This document shows positions 13,720-27,550 of a stretch of DNA of 64,000 nt, piece after piece. The position numbers and the translations under genes were made by a program. Position 1 is the first letter of the stretch. Every line of letters starts with the position of its first letter. The stretch lies in assembly GCF_016433145.1 (NCBI RefSeq), contig NC_058135.1, positions 275,260,214 to 275,324,213 of the forward strand. Reading direction: 5' to 3'. The notes beneath the pieces were generated by a model. It saw only the letters and a program-made list of their open reading frames with translations. It did no database searches and was not told where the DNA came from. Origin of the DNA: Gracilinanus agilis (lineage: Eukaryota).

Positions 13720-15410
13720 ATGATTTTAAAAAGAAAAAAATTGGAGGGCCTGGAGACTATACAAGAGAGAAAAGGAAGACATAGTTAATTTAATTATATA
13801 AATATATAAAACAGAGTAAGTATGAAGAATATGGAAGGCAGAGGTTAATAGAAAGGAGGGGAAAAAGGGGTTGTCATTAAAGCAAAACAGTTCTGAGGAT
13901 GGAAATAGTGAAAGGCAAGAGAAAGAGCAGGATTAAAAGGGAACAATAAGATTGAGGGGAATACATCTCATATCTATATCTATATCTATGTCATATCTAT
14001 AATCATAACTTTAAACATGAACATGATGAGCTCATGAATAAAACAGGAGAGGATAGCAAAGTGTATTAGAACCCAGAATTCTGTGATATGTTGTTTAAAA
14101 AACACACATATGAGGCAGGAAGACACATAGAACAAAGGTAAGAGGTTGGAGCAGAATTTATTGTGCTTCATCACAAATAAGGGAGTAGCAATCATGATCT
14201 CAGACAAAGCTAAAGCAAAAAAAATATATAGTTAAAAGAGATAATGAAGGAAATTATGTCTTGATAAAAGGTACCATAGACAATAAAGTAACATTAAGAC
14301 TAAACATCAAAATCAGAAGGGAAATAACAAACTGGGAAAACATCTTTATAACAAAATACTTTGGCAAAGGTCTAATTACTCAAATATACAAGGAGATAAA
14401 TCAATTGTACAAAAAAATCAAGGCATTCCTCAATTGATAAATGGGCAAGGGACATGAAAAGGCAATTTTCAGATAAAGAAATCAAAACTATCAACAAACA
14501 CATGAGAAAGTGTTCTACATCTCTAATAATTAGAGAAATGCAAATCAAAATAACTCTGATGTACCACCTTACACCTAGCAGATTGGCTAAAATGACAGCA
14601 GGGGAGAGTAATGAATGTTGGAAGGGATGTGGCAAAATTGGGACATTAATGCATTGCTGGTGGAGTTGTGAACTAATCCAAAAATTCTGGATGGCCATTT
14701 GGAATTATGCCCAAAGAGCACTAAAATATTGCCTGCCCTTTGATCCAGCCATACCATTGCTGGGTTTGTGTCCCAAAGAGATCAAAAGGAAAAAGACATG
14801 TACAAAAATATTCATAGCTGCACTCTGTGGTGGCAAAAAACTGGAAATGAGGGTATGCCCTTCAATTGGAGAATGGATAAACAAATTGTGGTATCTGTTG
14901 GTGATGGAATACATTGTGCTCAAAGGAATAAAAACTGGAGGAATTCCATGTGACCTGGAATGACCTCCAGGAACTGATGCAGAGTGAAAGGAGCAGAACC
15001 AGAAGAACATTGTACACAGAGACTGCTACACCATGGTAAAAATCAAATGTAATGGAGTTCTGTTCTAGCAGCAATGCAATGATCCTGGACAATCAGGAGG
15101 GATTTATGGAAAAGAACACTATCAATATTCAGAGGAAGAAATACAGGAGTGGAAACACAGAAGAAAAACAAGTGTTTGAACCCATGAGTTGATGCAAATA
15201 TGATTTCGGATGTAGACTCTAAATGACCACTCTAGTGCCATTATCAATGATATGAAAATAGGCCTTGATTGATGACACGTGAAGAAAGCAGTGGAAATGC
15301 GCATCAGTTAAGAGGGGATTGGGGAAGAGTTGGGGGGGGTGGAGGGGAGAGTAAGAACATCCATCACGTAAACATGGAAAAATTATTTTTTATAAAAACT
15401 AAAAGAATTT
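13720..15410 (+). mobile_element. L1 LINE fragment with large internal deletion (EN start joined to ORF2 C-terminus, plus 3' UTR)
   Basis: The EN start at about 13995-14307 jumps to the C-terminal region. ORF 14454-14963 encodes L1 ORF2 C-terminal peptides ([27 protein letters not shown]). A-rich end at about 15400. Confidence 0.9.
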
Positions 15411-15730
15411 TTCAAAAGTGGCAAGAACTTCCTGTGACCAGCTTTAGGTTATTATTTCAAGCAATTAGTCAGACATTTATTATTAGTTTTATAAACAATA
15501 ACACATATATGAAGCTTCTTACCATTTTCAAAACATTGTTCCTAGGAATCCCATGAGACTAGGAGTAAAAGCATCATGAGTTTCATTTTATAGTTTTACA
15601 CAGTGGGAAAGTAACTACTGAACCTGAGAAATTAATTGCCATGGGTCACATATGAATGAAGTAGCCAAGAAGGAGTCAAATCCCCAGATTCTCCTCTCAG
15701 GGTTCTCTCTATGACATCACACTTATTACT

Positions 15731-15791
15731 TCATTAATTGATGTAAGGCTCACTGGACTTGGAGCCTGAAGATTTGGTCTCTCATTAAAAA
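15731..15791 (+). promoter_or_regulatory. candidate OR promoter module (paralog of 3272-3332)
   Basis: TCATTAAT...GGACTT.GAG...GAAGA...TCTCATTAAAAA with the same spacing as the 3272 copy. Confidence 0.3.
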
Positions 15792-17589
15792 TGAGACTAG
15801 AAGAAAAGAGCAGAGCAGGCAGGCAGTCTATTTAAGGACCTTTTCTAAGGGCTTTACATACAAGAATTAAAAGAAGGTGATTGACCAGTTGAGTACCATT
15901 CAATAACATTTTTTGGCAAGAGTAGGATAAATTATTTCATTATATGTATTAATATCTACATCATTTATCCCTTCAGTTTTCTGTATAATTTAAAATAGAT
16001 TCATCACAGAAAGAAAATACTGAAAAAGATCCATTTTTAAAATTAACAATTTTTTCTAACTATGAACTTTTGGGATTAGATACTCTCCAAACTCCCAGAA
16101 AAGTTTATGTCCTAGATGACTTATGTGGAGATTCAGGAAATTATGATAGTACTCTCTTGTAAATGAAAAGTATCAGCTATGTTAATCTGGAAGTAGGAAT
16201 TGCTAGGTTTAGATCATTACCAACCAAGCTAAAAAAGTTAAAGGCTAAATATTTTGACATTTAAAAATTGCAATGACAATGCAAGAGTATCAATAAAGTA
16301 AATATCGTACTCTGGGACTACAAGCCATTCAACAAGATGACTAAAAATTGAGGGGCATAAAGGTCATTGTTCAAATCATATTTGTGTTGCTGAGATTATA
16401 GAAATTATTGCCACTTGACAAGTCACAGAATGAAGTGAATATTCTGAGTGAATTCTGGAATGTCAGGAATAATGTTTTTTTTAATCTTATAAATTCCCAG
16501 TTAAAGGACATGAAAACCCCAATTCCTTTTTATCTTGTTTTCAAGGTTTCTGACAATGAAGTTTAATTATGATTTGTTCAACCTGCTGTGGCTACACCAA
16601 GGGCAAGTTAAGTCGTAGTATACTCACTCGGATGTTATATTGACAGGAGGAAAAAAAGAAACTTTAAACTTCATTGATAGGGTTTCTAATGGATTGGGTT
16701 ATTTTCCCAAGGATCGGTTTCCATTGTTTTTTGCACCTGTGACCAAAATATAGTGTTTTAGGAAATTACCAAGGACACGATTGGGCAGGAGTACATTGGT
16801 AAGGTTTCTGCTCTTTAGGACAGTAAAAATAAGCAAAATGAATTTAAAAAAAACAACAACAATAATATCCTCCATTAGTTGTAGAAATCATGACCTGATT
16901 ATCCTGTATTTATTGTTTGGAAACTGCTATTGTGGATTTATTCAGTCATAAAGATAACAGATACTTGAATATTTTGATAATTTACCAAAACCTGGATCAG
17001 TTGGAGAGGAAGTGAATCACCTCATCTTTTTTCTGATATGAGTTGATTTCCCTCTCTAAAAAGAGTTCATGAACTTCTTTTATACATTCCTACTGCCTTC
17101 AATTCAATTGAATTAAAATATTCATCAGAATTACAGAATTTGAGCAGTTCAATCCTTAGAAACAAATAGTGTGATCCCTTCATTTTACAGATGAGAAAGA
17201 TGAAGCCAACAGATCAGAAAAGAAGAAACCATTTTGTATTGGGATAGGTAGAGCTTCAGCTGGTTTAGTAGTTATTCTTATTATTAAATATTTATATACT
17301 GCTTTAATATTTACGATGTGATACAATAAAGTATGTTCTGTATGATCACATTATAATTTTCTTTTGAACATTTTTCAGAGTTCCATATTTTTCATTTGAT
17401 GGGAAGTAGTAAGGGTAGATATTATTGTTCTTTTTTATAAATGGGGAAACTGAGGAATACTGATGTTGTGTAGATCACTCAGTCTTTATTTGGGATGAAG
17501 TCAAAGTCTGAAACTGCAGAAGTCTAATTGTCTGCATTTATTTGTTCTAGCTAAAATTTACATACTGCTCTAAGATTCACAAAGAGGCA

Positions 17590-18230
17590 TATGTAGAATT
17601 TGAGTTAGAAGGCTCCTCAGTGAATTTCTAATCCAAGGAAGGCATAAATAATTTCTATATTAATATATCCTAAAAGTCTTTGTCCTATCTCTGCTTAAAG
17701 ATCTCCAAGGAGTAGAAAACTACCACTTCCTCAGGTATCGAATTCCACTTTTGGTAAGTTTCAATTGTTTATAAGTTGTATGATAAGTTTTTTTCTTTAT
17801 ATTTATTTATTTTCCAATTATTTAACCTACATTTATTTTTTTCCTAGTATCCATCCATTATTACTGGTTCTCCCCTCTGATTCCAAATAGACAAGGCTAA
17901 TATCCACTCTATATCATAATCTTTCCAATATTTTGACAGACCAGTCCTTGCCATCATTCTGAATCTTTTTTTCCTAAACAATATAATGCCTATGTCCTGC
18001 AATTCTCAGGTTATTTTGACTCAAGGCCATTTCTTTTTATCTTTAGGATTATTTTCTATTTATGCATGTCAAGTTCCTTAAAATGTTATGTGCAGATATG
18101 ATTCCAATATCTGAGATGGGGTCTGATCATAGTAGTTTAAAATGGTATTAATTATCTCTGTTGACTAGAAGCTCCACTTCTATTTAAGCAGCCTGAGACC
18201 ACCTAAAATTTATTTTTTGAGTGCACCTAG
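17590..18230 (-). mobile_element. old CR1/L3-type LINE 3' remnant
   Basis: Degenerate motifs recalled for L3 (TCTCTGCTTAAAGATCTCCAAGGAG...ACCACTTCC; TCCAATATCTGAGATGGGGTCTGA). Confidence 0.45.
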
Positions 18231-18616
18231 ACCTTATTAATCCTTATAATCTTATTAGGCAAGTGATATTATTAAAATAATTTTTATCTGTAAAAACTGA
18301 AACAGAGGTTTGGTAATTGTTTTGCCTGGAGACTCACAACTTACTCATTAAAAGTCAGGATTTAAACTAGTGTTTTGGTGGCCCACACTACGACTTGCAA
18401 GATAGTCAAAGAATTACTGCATGTGGGTGATGAGGAGAGAGAGAAAGAGGAATGACTGCAATGAGAGCAGAAATTCTGGAATTATGGAGTAGACATTCCT
18501 GAATGAAAAGAGATTCTTAGGAGCAAAAGTAAAATTTTGGAAATCTTATTCCTACTTCTGTCACCTCTAATTGCTGATGTTTCCTCTTTTTATACCATTC
18601 CTATACTCCAAATAGT

Positions 18617-18870
18617 GAGGCAACTAGATGGCACTTTGGAGAGAGTGCCAACCCTGGAGTCAGGAAAACCAGAACTCAAATCTGACCTCAGGCACAAATT
18701 ATTACCTATGTGACCCTGGAAAAGTCACTTAACTTTGCCTCAGTTTTCTCATCTGTAAATTGAACTTGGAAAGGTAATAAATAGTAAACCACTTTAGTAT
18801 CTTTGCCAAGAAAACCCAAAAATGTGGTCACAAAGAGCTGGATACATCTGAAAAATGACTGAACAAAATA
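18617..18870 (+). mobile_element. MAR1-type CORE-SINE
   Basis: tRNA-like head, CORE (CCTCAGTTTTCTCATCTGTAAA) and RTE-like tail (AAACCACTTTAGTATCTTTGCCAAGAAAACCC...ATGACTGAACAA). Confidence 0.75.
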
Positions 18871-20235
18871 ACAAAAAGACTTAACTGTCTTCTTGACACT
18901 TATAGAAATTTAACAGTTTAAAAGATGGAATGTGTTTGTCATGTCTTCTAGTCCAATCTATTCATTTTGAAGGAAGGATTTTCTTAGTGTCACATAGGAA
19001 GGCAGTTTCAGAATGAGAAACTTATTCCAGAGCTCATAATACATCTTAATGCTTCCTCAGCAACACGTTGCCTCCTTCACTTTACAAGTCTTTCCTCAAG
19101 ATAGACTCTCTAGGGTCTGACTGCAATGTAAAGTGTCATAGTTCTAGCCCTCTCTGTTATCTTTATTGTCTATTAGAAGTATATTCCCATATGCCCCATT
19201 TTCTTATAACCTTTGACAATAGAAAAGTGCTGAAAAATATATAAATATCACTACTTAATGTGTTACCACCTCTAAAGTGTATTAAAGGAATAAAAATTAA
19301 TTATTTGCTAATGAAGATCTAATGCATGATTTGCAGGCATTGGTTAATCAGGGATTTTTTAAGTATAAAAGTTTTCTTAGTGATAAAATTTGCCATTGAA
19401 TCAATTTAAATCACCTAATTATTATAGAGAAATATTAATTCACTTAATTATAATAGAGAATTATTGATTCATTTCCTATCATAGGCAAGTTATGCAATTA
19501 CACATGGCAAGGGAGACAGACATGTTGAGTGATGCCAGTGGTATTTTACTACACTTTAAAAAGTGAATGTAATTCCAATAAATTGAAGAAAAGCTAGAAA
19601 GGAAGATATATGTAAAATTTGACCACACCAAAAATGATAACTTTTAAAATCATACATAGTTAAGTAGATTAAATTCATTCCCTTTTTTTTCTTCCATGAC
19701 CAATTAAAAATGTATGTGTCATATTCTCAAAATCTTTTATTCTCTTGGGATTGATCCTTTGAAATGCTATATTCTAGTCCAGAAGATTGAAGTTCATTTA
19801 ATGTCTCTCTGTCTGAGTTTAACTTCCCAGTGGTGCTTTTGTAGCTTGAAATTCTATGATAATTTGTTATGAAGCAAAAATGTGTCATGTGATTCTTTTA
19901 TACATAGCTAGCATTAATTATAAGCTAGAAAAAAATCCTATCTTCACAATACAATACAAACATCCTAATATCATGGATTTTTAATTTAAGATAAAATGAA
20001 TTTTATATTTCAAATCACTCAAAAAAATCAGAATTAGGGGATCTTTTTTGCCATGGGAACTTCATACATTTCTGTTGAATTGAATAACCAAAATTAATGT
20101 GTATTAAAGATCTGAATAGCAATAATTAAAATTTAAAAAAATTGTTACAAACCTCATACCCTACAGGAAAGAAAAGAAAATTGAATCCCCAAGAGAAGAA
20201 GTGACTTGACAATCTTTAGTTTTCAATTTTCACAA

Positions 20236-21195
20236 ATGGAATACACAGAAAAAATGGCAGAAGAAAATCTCACCATTGTGGTAGAATTCATTCTCCTTGG
20301 ATTTTCTGACCATCCTAACCTTCAAGGGTTTCTCTTTGTAATGTTTTTGGCCATTTACTTGAGTATTCTAATAGGAAATGGTCTCATCATAATAATAACC
20401 AAAGTGGATTCAGCTCTCCAAACACCCATGTATTTTTTTCTTGGAAACTTTTCTGTCTTAGAAATATGTTACGCATCAGTCACCCTGCCAAGAATGCTGG
20501 TGAATATTTGGACAAAGAAGAGAAATATATCTTTTCTGGCCTGTGCTATTCAACTTGGATTTCTCCTTATTCTGGGAGCCCCAGAATGTCTACTCCTTGG
20601 TGTGATGGCATATGACCGGTATGTGACCATTTGTAAGCCTCTATATTATCCTCTTATCATGAACCGTAAAGTATGTGTCCAATTAGTGGTTGGCTCTTGG
20701 ACTATTGGGATTCCAGTCCAGATAGCACAAACATATCAAGTTTTCTCTTTGCCATTTTATGGTTCTAACAAACTCAATCACATTTTCTGTGATCTCCGTC
20801 CAGTACTGAAGGTAGCCCATGGAGATACTTTTGTCAATGAGCTCTCTATCTATGTTGTTGCTATGCTGTTTGGCATGGCTCCATTTCTGATGATACTGTG
20901 GTCTTACATGAAAATAATTTCTACTATTCAGAAGATCCCATCTGCCACAGGAAAATACAAAACCTTCTCTACTTGCTCTTCTCATATCATGGTTGTTGGT
21001 TTATTCTTTGGGTCTATAATTATTACATATTTACAGCCTAAGTCTAGTCACTCCACAGAAAATGACAAAATTTTCTCTCTCTTCTACACGATTTTGACCC
21101 CTATGTTTAACCCTCTAATATATACTCTAAGGAACAAAGATGTAATTATTACACTGAAAAAATTATTTAAATGTGGTGGGACAGAAAATAGTTAA
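20236..21195 (+). CDS. OR10AG1: class II olfactory receptor, OR10AG1-like paralog (319 aa; 313 aa from 20254)
   Basis: Intact ORF with LQTPMYFFL, MAYDRYVTIC, KTFSTCSSH and PMFNPLIYTLRN, plus an NLT sequon. Two ECL2 cysteines are lost. The track's 20206 start is not an ATG. Confidence 0.9.
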   Translation: MEYTEKMAEENLTIVVEFILLGFSDHPNLQGFLFVMFLAIYLSILIGNGLIIIITKVDSALQTPMYFFLGNFSVLEICYASVTLPRMLVNIWTKKRNISFLACAIQLGFLLILGAPECLLLGVMAYDRYVTICKPLYYPLIMNRKVCVQLVVGSWTIGIPVQIAQTYQVFSLPFYGSNKLNHIFCDLRPVLKVAHGDTFVNELSIYVVAMLFGMAPFLMILWSYMKIISTIQKIPSATGKYKTFSTCSSHIMVVGLFFGSIIITYLQPKSSHSTENDKIFSLFYTILTPMFNPLIYTLRNKDVIITLKKLFKCGGTENS

Positions 21196-21901
21196 ATTTA
21201 TGTCCCTCATTGCCTCTTAATTTGTCACAACATTTCTATTAAATTCAAAAATTTGGAGTCTCTCCGACTTTTTCTTAAAAAAATTTATTCAAATTTTATT
21301 ATTTCTCATTTCTTTTATATTTGTAACATTATATGTGCCCTTTTTTGTTACACTGAATGGCAAAATTAACGTCTCTAATATTTTAAAAATAACCTATCCA
21401 ATTCTGAAATAATGTGGTGAACTAAGGTTATTACTCAATCCAATGGTTGCCATATACTACAATACCTAAACATTAGAACATTGAAAATACTTCATAAATT
21501 GTATTCAAAATAATATCAACTAAATAATTTAAGTATCTAAGTGATTTATATATCTTCAAAGATAGTGTCAAACTAAAATAAAAATGAGGACCTATAAAAT
21601 ATAGTTATTAATTTCCTTAGGCTATATAATTACTTATATTTAAAATTAAATTCAATATATTTTATAATATTTTGATTTATTTTTTAAATATTTACATTTT
21701 AATTTGTTTCCTATTGCACTTGTGTAGGCAATATATAGTAACAGGTTATGTGTTATATAGCTAACTTAAAGGCATTCTTGTAATAGGTAAAAATATCTGG
21801 TGTCCTTTTCTTCTATAATATGGTGTAGCTACAATGAAAAAATATGATTCTATATGGAAAAAATGAAAATAATTAGACTATACTATTTATATATAAGGGC
21901 A

Positions 21902-22510
21902 TGTAAAGGGGAAAATAAGAAACTAGAGTTTTGCAACTTTGGAAACTTAACAAAGGCATGTTTCCAAAAGAGGGTTTGGTCACATGCACAGAACTGCAAG
22001 GGAGTTCTAGAATTTAGGGAAGATATAAAACTAGAGACCAAAAACTGTTGGGGGTTCATTTTTCCTATTTGGACAAGAGAGTGGAGAGTTCAGTTCCTGT
22101 GGCAGTTTGTAGAAGGAGACTTGCCTTTCCTGATACTCGGAGGTCCTGTAGTCTAACTAGTGGGAAGAAATTGAGATCTGTTCCATCACTGTATCCAGTT
22201 GACATCTCCTTGTGATCCTATAGCTGCTGTGTTCCTGAGAGACTCTGACTGTGTTTGTGTGAGAGAGCTGCCAAAACACAGTAACCCTGCCTGTGAGAAC
22301 AGACCAGCCATCTTGGCCTGTGGCCTCTGGTCTACAAGGGCAAACTCATCTGAGCTAAAACTATCTTACCTTGATGAACTGTTTAATTTGCCTATCAACA
22401 ATTTGAGGATCAGTTAAATCAGGGAAGATAGTTAGGTTTGGGAAAGTGAAACAGTGTAGGAATAGTATAGCCTAAAGATCTATGAAGATAGTCTGTGAGG
22501 ACCCATAGAA
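21902..22510 (+). mobile_element. probable ERV solo LTR
   Basis: TGTAAAGGGG start and GC-richer LTR-like composition in an AT-rich background; 3' end and TSD only tentative. Confidence 0.5.
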
Positions 22511-24391
22511 GCATTTGGTGGAGAAATAAGAATATTAAACTTAGCGACTCCTTTCCCATGGTACTCTTCAGTCTTATTCACCTTGTTGAAGAGTCATCCA
22601 TGACTGAAATGACTAATCAAAAACAAGATAATTTTTAATGTAATTTTTTGCTAAACATCTTTGCCAATATTGGGAATGTCCATTTAGAACTTGTTGCAGG
22701 GTCTATAATGAACTATGACACTGATTTTGCATAGTATTTATCTTTGACTTATTCATTGTCTTTCACTTGTTATCTTTCACTCTTGCCATCTGTTCATTAC
22801 ATCTTCATGAACAACATAATCATGATTGGCATTATCAAATGTAATCTTCCTCTTTCTGGTCTTGTTTTCTTGTTATTGCTTTTCTGTTTTTTTCCCTAGT
22901 CCTTGTTGTTCTTGGTCTTCCTCCAGCTCTTCCTCTTCCTTCTTCCTCTTTACATAAAATAATTATATAAAATAAGAAGGCATTGTTGAATGTTTTGTGA
23001 TCTGAACCACTGGAGGGAGTAACTAAACTATCATAATGACAAAGGAATTGAAAGAAATGATTTCTCTGGGGACTTCACCTATATATCTGTGTAAAATCAT
23101 CCAGTTGGAATTCACATTTACATTTAGAAAGAATAAATCAAATGCTCTTTCTTTTAAAATAATGGTCTGTGTCAGTTAATCATGATAATTGATCTAAAAG
23201 AATAAAAATGCTAATGGTATAAATAGTTTAGTAAATAATATACAGTCTCTATCAATATCATGAAAGAAGAAGTGATAAAAATCAACCTTTTGCTTTTTGT
23301 AGAAATATAATAAAATAATTTATAAATATTTTAAGGAATTACTTTCATCTCATCATTAATTTCCTTATATGCTTGATTTCATATTATGAGGTGAAAAACA
23401 ACAATAACAGCAAGAGGGATAGAAAGATATTAGAATACCATAAATTAGTAGGGTGAATAGAAATGTTTACCTCTTCATGTAATGAATGAAATTTCTGAAG
23501 GCTGTTCGTATTACATTTTTAAATTAGTTTATTAAAAGACCACTCTAGCATATCTCTGAATGGGAAAAAAATTATACAGGGAGTCAACTCAGAGACCTCA
23601 CCTTCTCCCAATCACAAGAAAGAGATTATCATCCACCATATTTTAGCCACTGCAATCCAAAATGGCTTCCTAGAACACTCAGATTCAGGCTTGATTTGTT
23701 GGTTGGCCCTACCCTTAATACTGTCATCTACAACAAAGATCTAAACAAAAGCCTGGGAGTGAAACTGTTTGAGCTTTAAAATCAAATTTTTTTCAAGGAT
23801 GCCAAAGAGAAAATTATCTTCCAATAAAACATTCATTTTCAACATCTACCAAACTTCCACAACTATAGTACCAGTGAGTAAATATCACTAGAGATTAAGT
23901 GTTAGGTAAAATCATCAGAAAAATCTATTAGCTAAAGATCCATGAAGAGAGATGGTATATTAATATTAATTAACTTTAATATTAACCTTAAAAATGGAAA
24001 AGTAAGATATATTTTATTATCATTGTCAAATCAATGTTACACAAACTTAAATACACATATATATTTTTCATATCAAATAGGCAAAATTAATTTGTCATTC
24101 TTTCTGCTATGCTTAGAATTAAAGAAAGAACAGCAAATTGGAAGTACTGAAGAGGGATATTTTTCAAGAAGCTGTATTGTCTAGCAAAAGAGTTAAAATA
24201 CAGTTTCCTATCCCTCTACCTCTAGAATAGATTACAGAGAGCTTAAGGAAAGGAATTAAAAAAGAAAAGTTCCAAAAAATATTTTTGAGTAATAGGGTAG
24301 TAGATGTTGGGTATCCACATGGAGATAAGGATAGAGTCTTTCAAGGAGACAACTGAACTCTAAAGGCTAAGCATTTTTGTTTTGTAAATAC

Positions 24392-24582
24392 CTTTTTAAA
24401 CCCTTATCTTCTATCATAAAATAGATTGATTCCAAGGTAGAAATATGGTAAGGGCCAGACAATTGGAGTCAAGTGATTTGCACAGTCACAGAGCTAGGAA
24501 GCATGTGAGGTCATATTTGATCCCAGGATCTGCTCCCAATCTCTAACCTGGATTTCTATGCATTTAACAACCTACCTATCTC
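24392..24582 (-). mobile_element. tRNA-derived SINE (SINE1_Mdo-like)
   Basis: TTTAAACCCTTATCTTC...ATTGATTCCAAGGTAGAA...GGTAAGGGC...GAGCTAGGAAGCATGTGAGGTC. Confidence 0.7.
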
Positions 24583-24587
24583 AGTGG

Positions 24588-25526
24588 TGTAACAAAGAAC
24601 TTCTGGAAAAGAAGGAGAACAGCTTGAGTGACAGGATCATCGGTTACAGAACTTGGAATTTACCCAGATGGCATGAGTCAAAAGAAAAGGCAGTTGGGAC
24701 CACCTCTATAAAAACCCATGGGATCAGCTGCCCAGGGTCTTGGCTTTGAGAAGGGAATCTTGGGAGAGGGTGGTTAAGGAAGGGTAGGCCATAGACCTAC
24801 TAATCCAGCATCCATATCTCATTACCACAAGAAGTTTCATTCACCTTGTTATTAAATTGAGCTGAGAGATAACAATAGCACAGCTGCCAAGAAGAACATC
24901 ACTATCCCTCCCTTTCTTTGGTTCAGGCCACGGCTGGGTCAGACCATGGACTATGAGAGAGGGAAGAGTCTCCAGCCAAATTTCAAGCTACTGTTCTTGG
25001 AGTTAGATTACTTTAGTTTCAATAGACATAGCATAACATTTTCCCAGGACCTCTTTCCTTATCCTGTTCTTCTGTTCTTACCCTTTGAGTTAAAAGCATT
25101 AAAACCTGTTTCAACCTGATTCAAGTGAAGATTGGTATTTCTTCCCCAGGCTAGTAAATATCTGTAGCTATAAGGGAAAGGGATTTATCAACACCACAGT
25201 CTGAATAGCATTATCCATTCAACACATCAACAACCAGCCCATAACCAACCTCTATCATCAAACCCAACCCCAAGCCAAGGAGCTAGAGGAACTGGTGAAT
25301 ATACATATAGCTCCTCACTTGACACTTGGCTTGGGCACTGTTAAAAGGGTGAGGACTTGGCTAAGCTAAACATCTATAAGCCCTAGTGGTTACCAGCACA
25401 TCTTGGTGATCACACAGGCAGCTTTATCCATCACCCAGCCTCAGATCCATCTACTACCTGAGGATCTAGGGCCAGGTTGTCAGGCCAGCTTATAGAGCCT
25501 GGAGCCCAAAGAGAGTGTCTTTAGCA
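24588..25526 (+). mobile_element. ERV solo LTR (939 bp)
   Basis: TGTAAC...TTAGCA with 4-bp TSD GTGG (24584-24587, 25527-25530); TATA-like CTATAAAA and ATTAAA; homologous to 53065-53910. Confidence 0.8.
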
Positions 25527-26469
25527 GTGGCAATAGTCTTGCATGACTGTAATATATAAATTGCTTCTCCATTATATTCTTATTTATCTAGACAATCAAC
25601 AATTCAAGAAATCATGTTTTAATTTGTAGAATTTGGTAATTTCATGGTGTAAGTACAAAAGCTAAAAATTGATTAATTGGTATAAACCAGCTGTAACAAT
25701 CCCCTGATTATATACTAGTAAATATAAGGTGGGTGGAATTTTCTTTTGTTAAAAAAATTATATGATTAGCACAAGAAAATGGAAAAGACTTCCTTTGTAC
25801 CATCTGCTCTGGGAAATTCACCACTGGGAAGTTACATTATTCAGTAAGATCCAATAAACCATGGTGTACATATTTCTTCAATACACTAAACTCTTGTTAT
25901 TTGGAGATTGAATTTATGAACTCCAAAATCTCCATTTAAGGAAGAAGGCCCCCCAAATGACCTCTTCATTTCCTACATGGTTATTCTTAAATGTATTTAG
26001 GGTTCTTGAACATATTCCTTTATCAAGTATGTTTTTATTTTCTTCTTCCTTCACTACATTTTTAGCTTCTTTTTATATGTCTTCTTTCTTCTGTCTGCAT
26101 GTTTGTTATTGGCTTATGTAAGAAATAAAATGGATATAGATTTTAAAATATTATGGTTTTAAAGGATTTATTAATATCCATGAAAAAAATAATACCACAT
26201 GCCATATTAAGAGTTAGTTTGAAAGACTCAACATACCTCCTCCACTATGCTGATTCAGCCTGAAAAGAGAGTGTGCCTTTCCAGGCACTTCCTTTTTATT
26301 CTTATCTCTACATTATTACACTTCCAGTCTATGTGATTACACAAGAGGAATCATGGGAAATGTAGTTTGAAAGAGTCCTAAATTTCCACAGGAAGTTTAA
26401 ATCAGGGACCTCAAAATTAGTTCAAGACCCAAAATGTCCAATATCATACTTATCATAACTTTGTATATG

Positions 26470-26668
26470 GGGTAACGAGGTAGCTTGATGGATAGAGCTC
26501 TAGGCCTGAAGACAGAAGGTCCTGAATTGAAATATGATCACTCACATTTCCTAGCTTTGTGACCCCAGGCAAGTCATTTAATACCAGTTGCCAAGTCCTT
26601 ACCACTCTTCTGGCTTATAACTGAGGCTTAGTATTGATTCTAACAAAGAAGATAAGAATTAAAAAAAC
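26470..26668 (+). mobile_element. tRNA-derived SINE (SINE1_Mdo-like, diverged)
   Basis: GGTAGCTTGATGGATAGAGC...TGTGACCCCAGGCAAGTCATTT...AGTATTGATTCTAA followed by an A tail. Confidence 0.7.
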
Positions 26669-27349
26669 TAAAAGAATAGTACAGAACCTATCACAGAGTA
26701 GGCACTTAATAATGTAAATGAATGGTATTAATGACTATATAGTCTCAAATGTATAGGTATAGATTATTTTGTTTTATTTTATTTTTTAATAGAGGTAACA
26801 TATATGGAAATAATTGTTTTGACTACATAGGAACTAAAAATCAACATAAAAATGTACAGAGCATGGTACATATACAATGATACATATACAGAATTTTTGA
26901 AAGTTTAAAATGGTAGTGGTATCAATCAGTCTATATTGTAGAAGAGAACAAAGGAATTATACATGTATGTAAATATATATGTACATATAAAAGCATAATT
27001 TTAAAAAGAAAACACATTTTTCATAATCACTTGAAAACATGTTCAACCTCTGTAAATGTCAAATAAATACAAGTTGAAATGACTCTAAAGCACAACTTCA
27101 CAGTGCCAGAAATAAAAATTATCATTTCATATATATATATATACATATATATATTCAGAAACAAAGATAACATCCCCTAATCAAAGTTAAGGAAGGTTAG
27201 AAATTAAATAGCTTTTGTTTCCTTAAAAATAATAATAATAACTTCAAAATTTGGAATAATTCAATCTAGTTTATGGTGGGGGAAGAGAACAGCAAATAAG
27301 GGATTTATTTCAAGGGGCTTCTGCACTTGCCTCATTACCTCACCTGTCT

Positions 27350-27550
27350 TTTTGTTTTAAATTCTTACCTTGCATCTTACAATCAATATCGTGTATTGGT
27401 TCCAAGTCAGAAGAATAGTAAAGGCAAGACCACTGGGGTTAATGACTTGCCAAGGATCACACAGTGATTAAGTATCAGAAGTCAGATATGAAACCAGGAC
27501 TTCCCATCTGTGGCCCTGTCTCTCAATCCATTGTATGACCTCTATACCCC
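27350..27550 (-). mobile_element. tRNA-derived SINE (SINE1_Mdo-like)
   Basis: TTCTTACCTTGCATCTTACAATCAATATCGTGTATTGGTTCCAAG...TGACTTGCCAAGGATCACACAG. Confidence 0.7.

Noticed and set aside
14295-14320. L1 internal deletion as a spliced L1
   Set aside because: A GT donor is plausible, but judged from the other L1 copies in the window the downstream breakpoint is not preceded by AG; treated as an ordinary deletion.
15549-15558. O/E-like site TCCCATGAGA
   Set aside because: A single short match next to a MIR-like remnant with no counterpart seen at the paralog.
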